A stretch of 64,000 bases of DNA from positions 50,158,001-50,222,000 of the forward strand of contig NC_043000.1 in the NCBI RefSeq assembly GCF_006345805.1. Reading direction: 5' to 3'. Position numbers and translations under genes: made by a program. The notes under the pieces were generated by a model. That model made no database searches. It saw only the letters and a program-made list of their open reading frames with translations, and was not told the origin of the DNA. Shown piece by piece: positions 40,434-52,712 of this stretch (position 1 is the first letter of the stretch; the number at the start of each line of letters is the position of its first letter). This DNA is from Octopus sinensis. Taxonomy: Eukaryota.

Positions 40434-40767
40434 ATTTTCTTTTTCTACTTCATTATATCTAATTTTCTTCATAGTGCTGAATTTTTCCTGCTGTTTTCTA
40501 ATTGAAATTGCATTTGTGTAAATAGAAGAAGTGAATACATAAATAAATAGAGACTATTATTCAACAATACATGGCCTGCCTGCTCATTGTCCTAGTATTA
40601 TGTAATATTAATTATCAAGCACTAGCAACAAGAACATTTATAAATCAATTGAAATACTACCTGTAGGGTCCTAATTTATAAAGAGACCAATTTTATTTTT
40701 TAAGTTTTCTTAAATCTGTTCTGTTATTTTTTTCCTTTTTTCCTCATTTTTTTTTCTTTCTGTTAAG

Positions 40768-40853
40768 AAATGAAGCATATTTCGTACAATTGTATCCTTC
40801 AGATGAATTTTCTTTAGCTTTAAATTATGATCTTTTCACTGATTTCCCTAAAG
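40768..40853 (+). CDS. Candidate 86-bp exon (NEAYFVQLYPSDEFSLALNYDLFTDFPK), unidentified
   Basis: Strong pyrimidine tract TTTTTCTTTCTGTTAAG, one open frame to AAG|GTTTGG. No homology recognised. Confidence 0.2.
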
Positions 40854-41363
40854 GTTTGGACTTTTTAATCCACATCGATTTGTTCCCTTACATTTTATTC
40901 ATTTTTTTTAACCTTTTCCCCCAAAAGATTTGTGGGAAATATTGAAGTTATAGAACAATAATATTTAAGTAAATTAGATAAAAATAAATAAATAAATCTT
41001 AAAATAAAAATGATTTGCTTGTTATAATATTCTTGAAAGTCTTATTATTTAACTTAGAAAGCAATTACAATGTTATGCTATTTGTGCCAGCGTTGCTGCC
41101 TTTGACTATAATTATATATGGAAAGTGAAGTTAAAAAAAAAAAAAATTTAACAGGACTAGTAATGGTTGATGCTTCAGTGAGTAAGAGAGGAAGTGAGAT
41201 CAAGGTAACAATATTCATAAAACAGAATAAGACTGTGTGTGAATGTGTGTGAATGTTAGCTGATAGAATTGCTAACATTTCAAGCAGCATTGACAAGTTA
41301 TTTATAAAGAAATAAAGAGAAGTTGGCATTGTTAATTTTTAACCTCACATCATACCCTAGTCA

Positions 41364-41612
41364 GTGGAGGCGCATGGCTTAGTGGTTAGAGTATCAGCAT
41401 CATGATCGTAAGATTGTGGTTTCAATTACTGGGCTGGGCGACGCGTTTTGTTCTTGAGCTAAATACTGCATTTCATGTTGCTCCAGTCCACTCAGCTGGC
41501 AAAAATGAGTAATGCTGAGATGGACTGTGGTCCCATCCAGCTGGGGAACACATACACCATAGAAACTGGGAAACTGGGTCCATGAGCCTGGCTAGGCTTT
41601 AAAAAGGTGCAT
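41364..41612 (+). mobile_element. tRNA-derived SINE with CORE-like block
   Basis: GGAGGCGCATGGCTTAGTGGTTAGAG...GGTTTCAATT head, then TTCTTGAGCTAAATAC. Confidence 0.7.
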
Positions 41613-42096
41613 TTATTTATCTTATACCCGTCAAGCAGACCTGTGATCAAATATATTCTATCTATGGTTATCACCTTTTATTTTTGAGGCCTACATTATC
41701 CAAAATTTTTTTCTGTTTTCTCAAGAGATAATGCATGATTTAAAAGGGATTTGGTTGCTATTTCTAGCTACCTGAATGGCCATGTAAATACTCTCTCTCT
41801 CTCTCTGGTTTGTTACTTAATATTGTAGTGCAGTCGTATTTATAGGTGTTGAGGGAGACAACAGTAATGAAGTAAGCAGGCAGGCAGGCAGGCAAAGAGT
41901 ACGGATCATAAAGAGTTGAAGATCACAAGTCAAATTGAGCAGAAAGAGATGAAGGCAGAGAATAAAGCAAAAAGGAGAAAAAGTAGAATTAATGTGGTGA
42001 AAGAAAGACATGTGGAAAAATTTATAAGGTTCAGCCAGAACTAAGCAGGGGATTGGATTCAGCACACAAGTCAATATGTATAGGCAATATATTTAT

Positions 42097-42151
<55 letters not shown>

Positions 42152-42246
42152 TATATATATATTATGTGTATATGTATATTTATGTATGTATATATATATA
42201 TACATATATATATATGTATGTGTGTGTATATGTATATTTATGTATG

Positions 42247-42283
<37 letters not shown>

Positions 42284-42559
42284 GCATACATACTCATGCA
42301 TTTACACACATGCATACAAATTCACGCCTACGAACGTAAATATGAGCAAAAGAGATAAAATAGGAAAAGGTAACAGTGTTATGAAAATAAAGTCAGCAGA
42401 TAGAAAAGCTTCTAGTGGTTATCTGCATATGTTGCACACCTTATAGTGTGTGTATGCATCTGCGTTTTTGCATGGATGTATATATGTATGTATACACATA
42501 TGCACACATATGCTTAAAGACATATATTCGTATATATATATATTTATATACAGTCACAT

Positions 42560-42617
<58 letters not shown>

Positions 42618-42804
42618 TATATATATATGTATATACTGTATATAAATATATATGTTTGGAGTGTATATAAATATATACTTTGCATGTATGAATGAATGTC
42701 TTTATGTAAGTATGTTTGAGCACATCTGAGTATATAAAATGAACTTGTTGTATACCATACCTCAGGTGCACTATGACATATATATATGTGTGTGTGTGTA
42801 TGCA

Positions 42805-42837
<33 letters not shown>

Positions 42838-42932
42838 GCATATACATATATATATGTGTGTGTGTGTATGCACGTATACACATTATATATGTATACCTTT
42901 ACATGTATGTATTTGTGTGTGTGTGCATGTAT

Positions 42933-42991
<59 letters not shown>

Positions 42992-43516
42992 TACATACAT
43001 GTTATGTGTATTTAAAACCAAATGCTGATGAACATCACCTGAGGGATGCCCATAATGTGCATAGGTAACAAGAGCATGTAACACAAACCACTGAAATGAA
43101 GAGACCAGCTTGACAGTAAGATCAATAGCTTGCTCGAGAGAAGCAGACATTTAGATCCTGTCATTAAGTATGAAATGAACAATAAAGTTTACTTACCAAA
43201 CTCATGTGCCTCAGAGATTTTATCCATAACTCGATGAGAAGCCACCTAAGATATCATGCAGCTCAAGATACCTAAATACTTAAGAGTAAACTAAGAAACC
43301 CAAAGTATGAACAGAACTGAATAGAAACTGAGTTTATTAAGAGAGAAATTTCACAAGTAAAGAAAGTATGACAAAAGAAAATGCTGGTATAAGCATGGAA
43401 AACTATACAGCAGTGTCTAAAAATTTAAAGCTAAAGTATTCTGTTTATGAAGTATAAATAAGCATAGACATTTAATTGTGAAAAGTCTTGGAATGAAGAT
43501 ATAACAGAAACTAAAT

Positions 43517-43673
43517 CAGTCATGGGCAAACTGGGAATGTGCAACCTGCAGGACTTTCTGAATGGTACGCCTAATTAAATATTATCTTGAATTTGTTTTA
43601 CAGTAGCGTGGTCTGCCTGATGATGAGCCATGTCACATGTGGCCCTTTATTCAAAAAAGATTGCTTGTACCTG
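43517..43673. mobile_element. hAT-type MITE
   Basis: CAGTCATGGGCAAAC ... TTGCTTGTACCTG termini with near-identical 8-bp flanks AACTAAAT / ACCTAAAT. Confidence 0.65.
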
Positions 43674-44344
43674 ACCTAAATGACGAAAAATAATAACTAT
43701 CAAAAAGAATATTGAATTGTCATATTTGAGGAGAGGTGACAAGGTAAATAAAATTTTTGACTTGGTAGGGCTGGCACCTAGGAAGTGTAAGGTCCAGTAA
43801 GAGAATCGTCACTCAGCTCTGCAAAATGCTGAAAGCTGATGTTCTATGCTTCATGTAGTATGCAAGTCCAGCTGAAAATTATTGAGAGCTTGAGGCTTCA
43901 CCATTAGCCACAATGATATACTAAAAATTCATCATAGCATCCTCCACTCAGGAGTGTGCTCAGGGCCTTCTCTTGGTGTTGGGTTCAATTTGAACAAATC
44001 TGTCTAATTGGCTTAAAACCATCCCTGCTTATAATGAGGGAGTTGTTTAACCCAAGTCAGCACTGATTGAGTAGACATACACTCAAGAGCATTTCAGCTG
44101 CAGCTAAGTCATTCCATTTTTTCCTTATATGCAAGGGAATTCAGGATCACATTATTCAATTTATCATTTTCAAAAATGGTATAGAGTGATTTGAAAGACT
44201 GAGCAAACCTATGATCAAAAATATTTCAGCCAAGATCATCTTGTTCATTTTAGGGATGTCTAGGAGCATAATAACCTGGATGTCCCTCCTTGTGTAAGAT
44301 TGAGTCATAGAGTTTTAACATTGGTAAATTCACCGATCTTTTAC

Positions 44345-44700
44345 CTTTTACTTGTTTCATTCATTACTCTGTGGCTGTGCTGGGGTACCACCTTGAAGAA
44401 TTTTAGTTGAATGGATTAACCCCAGTACTTATCTCTTTTCCAAGCCTGGTACTTTTTCTATCAGTCTCTTTTGCCAAACCACTAAGTTACAGGGATGTAA
44501 ATACATCAGCACCAGTTGTCAAGTGCTGGTGGAGGACAACACACACACACACACATGCACATGATGGGCTTCTTTCAGTTTCCATCGACCAAGTCCACCA
44601 CAAGGCTCTGGTCAATTATGCAAGGTACCACACAGTGGAATTGAATTCAGAGCCATGCGGTTAGGAAGCAAATTTTTTACCACACACCCATGCCAATACC
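44345..44700 (-). mobile_element. SINE family A, degraded
   Basis: Tail, central and head blocks match family A. Confidence 0.8.
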
Positions 44701-45867
44701 TAATAAAGAATTATTATAGAACTCCCGTTAATTAATTAATTAATTAATTATGCACTAAACAATGTTCATTATCCAGTATATCTACAATGAAATGAATGGT
44801 AATAAACTCTTTTAGCAACACACTGGCAAAAACATTCGCCATGATACAGCAAAAAAGCCCTAGTGTGTGGTTTAAAAGAGGTTTACCTCATATTGCACAA
44901 CAGCTATAGTGTAGAACTTAAATAGCCATGTGTATTTGCCTTTGTAGAGATACAGAGATAGATATCTGAATGTGAATCTAACAATATCTCTATCACCTCC
45001 ACACTAAAAAATACATCTGTATCTAATTTTATCACTCTTTCAAAAGAAATGTTCCAGGGAAATATCATTTCCATTCTCCTGTCACCAAATTATTGGTGAT
45101 TTCCACTATGGATGCCAGCAGTTATGGGTTTTTATCTATAACAATAAGAAAAAATGTTCCATAACACCATTGTGTTATGCTCCCTGCAACACACAAATTT
45201 ATCATTTTATTTCTAAATATATGAATATTTTCCTAAAAGGATGGAAAATGGTATGTAGCCTACAAATATAAATGTTCATAGTTGATGGTTGGTTGTGAAA
45301 ACTGGTATGGAAGATAATAAGCATGCATATCTGAGTATTTTTAGTTCATAAGCATAACTTGGAGCAGCTTTGCACTTCGCTTCCCACTCCCTTTACCATT
45401 TATTTTTTATTTCTTCCTTAGTTTTCTCTTGAACCTTAACTTAACCTTTATGTAAAGCTCTGACACTCTCTCTCTCTCTCTACTTGTTCTGCCACTCTTT
45501 ACTTCTTCCCTCTTTGTTTTTCTTCACATAGCACTCACATCACTAATCTCTGTTCATACACACACACACACTCATGTTATGTTCTTGCTTGCATGTGACA
45601 TACATAGTGCCATCAGCAAATACAGTAACAGAATATAGGAACGGTGAATTCAACCAGTCTACTGCAGCACACTTAATGCACCACATATATTCTGCAGATG
45701 TTTTTGTAAGTTTTTTGTCCAACAACAAACATAGATTGCTTGCATATCAAATGAGTGAACTATTTCATTGGGATGTAATTACATATATATATATGTGTGT
45801 GTCTATGTATATGCATACATATGCATATACATAAATGTGTGTATGTATATATTTATATGTATATATG

Positions 45868-45913
<46 letters not shown>

Positions 45914-46144
45914 CATCATCATCATCATCATCATCATAGTTTAACGTCCATTTTCCACGCTAGCATATATACCACAGTAAACACATAAATATTTGCATAC
46001 ATACATATATGAGTGTGTGTGCGTGTGTCCAACAATGGACATAGATTGTTTACATATCTGATGACTGAATTACTTCATGTTTTCGAAGCTTTAATAATAA
46101 AGTATATATATACATACATTTATAAATACATACATATATATATG

Positions 46145-46216
<72 letters not shown>

Positions 46217-46417
46217 CATATACAAGCATACCTATATATATATATACATGCATACATACAAACATACATATATAGTATGTATGTATGTATGTATGTATGT
46301 ATGCATGCATGTATGTTTGTCCAACAATGGACACAGGTTGTGTACATGTTTGATGGGTGTATTATTTCATTATGACATAATCACATAAAACAATTTGTAT
46401 CATTTCCTATTGATTTT

Positions 46418-46453
<36 letters not shown>

Positions 46454-47343
46454 AGAGAAATAAAGATGGACACTGGTTTATATAATTCTTCCTATTCAGT
46501 AACTTATTACAATAAAGTGTTCTCTGATTATCCATTGTAGTAAAGCATTTGGACCACATATTGCATGGATCCAAACAAACATAATGGTGAAATTATTATA
46601 TAAATCTGTGTTTATCCTTATTTCTCCTACGTTTGCTTTTAATCTATAACTAGTAATACCATGCAATAACAACTAAACAGAAATAGACTGGATTAGTAAA
46701 AATCTATGTAAAGCTCTAAACATAACAGTAACCATCGTACATCTATTTGTATACATAATTTCTACTAGATATATATATCACTCTGTCACTAACTTTTCAT
46801 CATCTGACACAAGATCCCTTCCTCCAATGCCCCCATCCCCTCCCAAAATTCCTTGTCTTACAAGTTACTTGGTGACCCTGCCAGTGCTGGTGCCACACAA
46901 AAAAGCATCCAGTTCACACTGTGGAGTGGCTGGCATTTGGGAGGGTATCTAGCTGTAAAAACCATGCCAAAACTGACCTTGCCTATACTGGTACCAGGTA
47001 AAAAGCATTCAGTTCACTCTGCATAGTGGTTGGTGTCAGGAAGGGCATCCAGCCTTAAAACCCCTGCCAAAACAGATGCAGTAGCCTAGGGTAGTCTTCT
47101 GCCTGGCCAACTCCTGTCAAACCATCCAACCCATGAGTGCCTGGAAGGTTAAAAAGTGATATATACATATATATATATATATGTACATATACAAGGAGCC
47201 TTTTTTCAGTTTCTGCCTACCAAATCCATTCACAAGGTTTTTGTTGGCCTGAGGCTATCTAGAAGACACTTGCCCTGAGTGCTATGCAAAGAGACAGAAC
47301 CCAGAACCAAGTGGTTGGATAGCAAACTTCTTACCACACAACC

Positions 47344-47371
<28 letters not shown>

Positions 47372-47377
<6 letters not shown>

Positions 47378-47757
47378 TTCTCTTTTACTTTTTTCAGTCA
47401 TTTGACTGTGGCCATGCTGGAGCACCACCTTTAGTCGAGCAAATCGACCCCAGGACTTATTCTTTGTAAGCCTAGTACTTATTCTATCGGTCTCTTTTGC
47501 CGAACAGGGACGGGTTGTCAAGCAATGCTAGGGGGACAAACACAGACACACAAACACACACACATACACATATATATACATATACATATATACGACAGGC
47601 TTCTTTCAGTTTCCATCTACCAAATCCACTCACAAGGCATTGGTCGGCCCGGGGCTATAGCAAAAGACACTTGCCCAAGATGCCATGCGGTGGGACTGAA
47701 CCCGGAACCATGTGGCTGGTTAGCAATCTACTTACCACACAGCCACTCCTGCGTCTA
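47372..47757 (-). mobile_element. SINE family A, young, with small internal deletion
   Basis: CpG-rich and close to the 17201 and 48064 copies. Confidence 0.9.
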
Positions 47758-47865
47758 TGAAAGATATGTATATATACATATATCTTTCAAAATGTGACCT
47801 TGTGTGTACCGTAGGTGATTTTTTTCCCTCCGTCTTCCCTTCTTTGGAAATTTCCTTTTCCTATG

Positions 47866-47898
47866 TTTCTGACAAAGAGCTCCACTCAAAACGTTAAA
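47866..47898 (+). ncRNA. CpG-decayed minimal hammerhead-like motif (family D)
   Basis: TTT-CTGACAA-A-GAG(CTCCA)CTC-AAAAC-GTT-AAA. Two CG>CA reversals restore CTGACGA and CTCGAAAC. Helix III is the palindrome AACGTT. Confidence 0.45.
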
Positions 47899-48063
47899 CC
47901 CTCCTTCATTCCTTCTTTCCTAAGCGTCTACATGTTCTCGCGTTGTGTTTTCTCTTTGTGTTTTCATGTTTGGATTAACTATATATATATACATACATAC
48001 ATACATACATACATACATACATACATACATACATACACACATACACACACACATTGAGAGACA

Positions 48064-48490
48064 ATAGGTGCAGGAGTGGCTGTGTGGTAAGTAGCTTGCT
48101 AACGAACCACATGGTTCAGGGTTCAGTCCCATTGCGTGGCACCTTGGGTAAGTGTCTTCTACTATAGCCCCGGGCCAACCAAAGCCTTGTGAGTGGATTT
48201 GGTAGATGGAAACTGAAAGAAGCCCGTCATATATATATATATATATATATATGCGTGTGTGTGTTTGTGTGTCCGTGTTTGTCCCCCTAGCATTGCTTGA
48301 CAACCGATGCTGGTGTGTTTACATCCCCGTCACTTAGCGGTTTGGCAAATGAGACCGATAGAATAAGTACTGGGCTTACAAAGAATAAGTCCCGGGATCG
48401 ATTTGCTCGACTAAAGGCAGTGCTCCAGCATGGCCGCAGTCAAATGACTGAAACAAGTAAAAGAGTAAAAGCATAAAAGAGTAAAAGAGT
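48064..48490 (+). mobile_element. SINE family A, full length, young
   Basis: Complete head, internal (TA)n(TG)n tract and (AGTAAAAG)n tail. Confidence 0.9.
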
Positions 48491-49241
48491 AATGGCACAT
48501 GAATGATACATAGGTAAAAAGGTTTTTCTCTATTAACTTTCAAGTAATTTATTTTGACCACTTTCCTGTAGTCTTGGCAATCTGAAAGCAAGTTTCCCAG
48601 CCAAGATTTAACGTTATCTCTGAAGGTGTTGTTTGTTATTTACTTCCACAATCTGACAGTCTTATAATACCAGTATTCAACATATAATAGGTGTGTGTGT
48701 GCATGAAATGTGTATAGGCTGTTAAAAAAGAAATAGTGAACATTCACAGGAAAAAAAAAATGTCACATTTCATTTAATTTGTAATATTTTAAGCTGCTTT
48801 TTAACTGGTGATACATGACTTGTATACAATGACAGTACAATATATAATGGTTTTACACGCACGTGAAAAAAGAAACAAATCACATTTTATTCAATATGTG
48901 AACTAAAATGAAATGGAAAATAAGCATTAAATTAGTTATTTATTGAAGTTTTCCTGCCAAATTTTGAGTGACTTTTTTCATGTTGGATTGAAAGAAATAC
49001 CAGTATTCAACATATAAACCAACACATACAAGAAAAGAAAGGAAAACTTATAATTGGTGTAGATGGAGCCGTGTGGTAAGAAGTTTGCTTCCTAACAGTA
49101 TGGTTTTGATTTCAGTCCCACTGCATGACACTTTGGATAAGTGTCTGCTACTATTGTCAAGTGTATTCTACTATAGTCCTATTGCTCCTTGCCAATCAAA
49201 GACTTGTGAGGGGATTTGGTAAATGAAAACTGAAGGAAGGC

Positions 49242-49314
<73 letters not shown>

Positions 49315-49317
49315 AAT

Positions 49318-49611
49318 GTGGAGGCGCAATGGCCCAGTGGTTAGGGCAGTGGACTCGCAGTCATAGGATCGCGGTTTCAATTCCCAGACCAGGCGTTGTG
49401 AGTGTTTATTGAGTGAAAACACCTAAAGCTCCATGAGGATCCGACAGAGAGTGGTGGCGATCCCTGCTGTACTCTTTCGCCACAACTTTCTCTCACTCTT
49501 TCTTCTGTTGGCCTGCTCGCTTAGCCAGTGGGGTGGCATCATTTGAAGGCTAAAAAACAATTGTGACCAGCGATGTGTAGCAACATCTGATAGCCTGGTC
49601 GGTCACGGTGA
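49318..49611 (+). mobile_element. Young tRNA-derived SINE of a further family
   Basis: GGAGGCGCAATGGCCCAGTGGTTAGGGCAG...GGTTTCAATTCC head with many CpGs. Inserted in the (TA)n of a family-A half copy (49055-49240). Confidence 0.75.
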
Positions 49612-50801
49612 TATATATATAAAAGTAATTTTAGAGACAGAACCACCTTCAGCTCAATCAACACTGAAAGGTTTTATACCCGACCACTCCATAAAATGTT
49701 AAAAATTAAATCTTATACTAGCTATATCTATTCTGAATCCTGTATTTTCTCTTTATAAGACTACATGTGTTTCATGAAAGTACGTCGGTATTGATTTGAT
49801 ATATGTACAGATGAGAGTTACTGAAGACTTGACGATACTATTTGACTATATGATCTACATTATATAACTGATAATCAATCTTTGTTAATGAAACACTCAT
49901 GAGATGATGTAGCTAAATATTTTATAGATGAACTCATCTGTTACGATGTTGATTATGATGATGATGATGACGATGATAATGATAATGATAATGAGGAATG
50001 GTAATGATGATGATGAGGAGGATGGTGATGGTGATGGAGATAATAACTGCAGGAACCGAAGGAAATGTGGTGACAGTTTGCAGCATGAAAACAAAAGAAA
50101 GATGGACTTTCAGGAAGTAATTAGCTACATACAATATACACCTGGGCCAAGCCTACAAATATTGAAATTTTAAGTTCTCTACTGATGAAAAAATATTTCT
50201 ACAGTATGTCTTTACATAGAAAAAGAAAACTAACATTTAAAACAGAAGTGGGGGAGCAAGTTGTTCTACAAGATATACCATTTATACACATAAAACACAT
50301 ATTCTATTTATATATATAGTGATCTTATGAAAGAGGGTTGCTTCTTGGGGAAGAAAATCACTTCTGAGTATTTAAAGAGAGAGAAGAGCATACATCTTAT
50401 TGCATATAATTCTTTTATTATTATTCTTTAACATTATTACCTGAAATAAGAAAATAAAGATGTTTAACTAAAGAAGCACAGAAGAAAATTATGAACTATG
50501 ACAGGAAGTAATGTAAACAAGTTTAAGAATATTACATTATATTATAAACAGTGTTTCAGTGTTGAAGACTAGGTTTTTAGGTTTGTTTCAAGCTTTGTCC
50601 TGAAAAATAGCACTCAACTACAATTTAACTGCACTTAAACTTGACTTATGTTTTTTTTTTAATGTTTTTGGTATGGTGAAGCAAAAATATAGAAACATTA
50701 CAAGTGATGGTAGCGTTGTCAGATCAATTTCATATGAGTGAGAACAACATTTTTAAATAGGTAGAGGATTGTATTTGAAAGTATTCTTTAATTTCTTACC
50801 T

Positions 50802-51059
50802 TTAACCCTTTTACCATGCAAAGCGAATATATTAACTCAAAATTTCATTACGCTTACCTGTGGAAAACAATATCATATACCAATCTAGCTTCTGTTGATA
50901 AATGTCATGGTTGAAACTATTTTCTCTTCAGGTATGTTAAGTTTATTGAAGCAATGTGACTTGCAAAAAATACCAATTCTATACATATTTTTTTTTCATA
51001 GATATTTAACTTAATTACTGAAATAACCATGAACTTTAATTTCACAGTGAAAGGGTTAA
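50802..51059. mobile_element. piggyBac-type MITE, family M3
   Basis: TTAACCCTTTTACCATG ... CACAGTGAAAGGGTTAA termini. Confidence 0.7.
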
Positions 51060-52073
51060 GGACGAAAATTGTAAAGTAGCCAATGATCTAAATTCAAAAT
51101 AAAACTAAAAACAAATCACCTGCAGTTCTGTAAAGTAGCAGAAACCACTACTGGTTGATAATTCAGTAACCTTGATGGAAAGAAGGGTGCCCATTGTCTC
51201 AATGAATAGAAACAAGAAGCAGAATGTACATAATATAACTGAGAGCATTTAAGAAATGGCAAAGACAGACAAAACAATATGAAGCTGCCATACAAGACTA
51301 ATTAATCTGAGGCTTTGTGTCTGTGTCTATGTAACAAATCAATAGTATTTTCAATAATATTATTGATATTCCCTGGTATTTCTCTCTTGATGTAAATAAA
51401 ACTTATATAATGATCATTTGGTGCTAAATGTTCATCTCATGTTTTACATAATTTTTCGTTTATCATGTCGACATCTTTTGATGTCATTGTTGTGACCAGA
51501 GTTTCTTGGCTTTTGGATGGTTTCTATTTAGTTTTGTTGTTGAACTTTGTATTAAAGTGTAAAGTTTGAAAACTACCAATTTTGTAAAGTAGCTCAGTAT
51601 GTGTTCCTTTGATCATTTATGTTATATCCTAGTTGGAATTTTGCATTCCTACTTCATCATCATTTCTAACTTTCATTGTATTTTTTTCTTAAATACAAAC
51701 ATCTCTACATTGTTTTACATTTAACAGCGAAATTCTTCCTCTGTTACTTACTAATTGAATATCCAAAACACTACTTTGTGTTAATGTAGATGTTTGAATG
51801 GCAAAATATTTTCCTTTACAATCAACCTTTCATTTTAATATTTTTGCTTTATCCTCATATCATTTAGAGCTTTAAAACTTCAAAAGAACTGTAACGCAAG
51901 CTACAAGATACAATTCTTGGAAAATATCTACATGCACTTCTGGAAAATATCTACATGCACTTCTGCTATTTAATTTATATACATGAATGTGTAAGGGCTG
52001 AAAATATTATAAAGAGGAAATGTGAATTTCTTATTAAATGTATGTAAATATGAAAGCAGAATAGTGTTACATA

Positions 52074-52712
52074 AAAGTGCAGGAATGGCTGTGTAGTAAG
52101 GAGCTTGGTTCCCAACCACATGGTTCTGGGTTCAGTCCCACTGCCTAACACCTAGGGCATATGTTTTCTACAATAGTCTTGGACCCACCAAAACCTTGTG
52201 AATGGATTTGGTAGACAGAAATTGAAAGAAGCCTGTCATATATATATATATATATCACATATGTGTGTCTGTGTCTGTATGTCTGTGTCTGTCCTCTACG
52301 ACCGTATGACATCTGGTGTTGGTGTGTTTACATCCCAGTGACTTGGTCATTCTGCGAAAGTGACCAACAGAATCATTACCAGGCTTAACCCCTTCGATAC
52401 CAACCTGGCTGAAGCTGCCTCTGGCTCTGTAGTACAAATGCCTTGTTTTCAAAAGTTCTGAATTAAAATATTCCACCAAATCTTAGTCACAATTTATCTT
52501 CCTAACATTAGCTTAATGATAACTAAATTATTTTACGAAATTCTTTGTTATATTTGAAACTAATTGAAAGAAACAGAGCATCACAACAGAAATATGGTAA
52601 CAAAATGGTTAAAAAATTGTAAGTACTGGGGTTGATTCATTCAACTAAAATTCTTCAAAGCAGTGCCCCAGCATGGTTACAGTTTAATGACTGAAACAAG
52701 TACAAAAAGAAA
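52074..52712 (+). mobile_element. SINE family A split by MITE M2 (52385-52612)
   Basis: SINE ...ACCAGGC-TTAA[MITE]TTAA-AAAATTGTAAGTACTGGGG continues into the normal tail. Confidence 0.85.

Noticed and set aside
51120-51248. Minus-strand signal-peptide-like ORF MLSVILCTFCFLFLFIETMG ending at a donor
   Set aside because: Hydrophobicity is explained by T-rich composition, and there is no supporting downstream exon.
51914-51964. 23-bp tandem duplication TTCTGGAAAATATCTACATGCAC
   Set aside because: Simple local slippage duplication.
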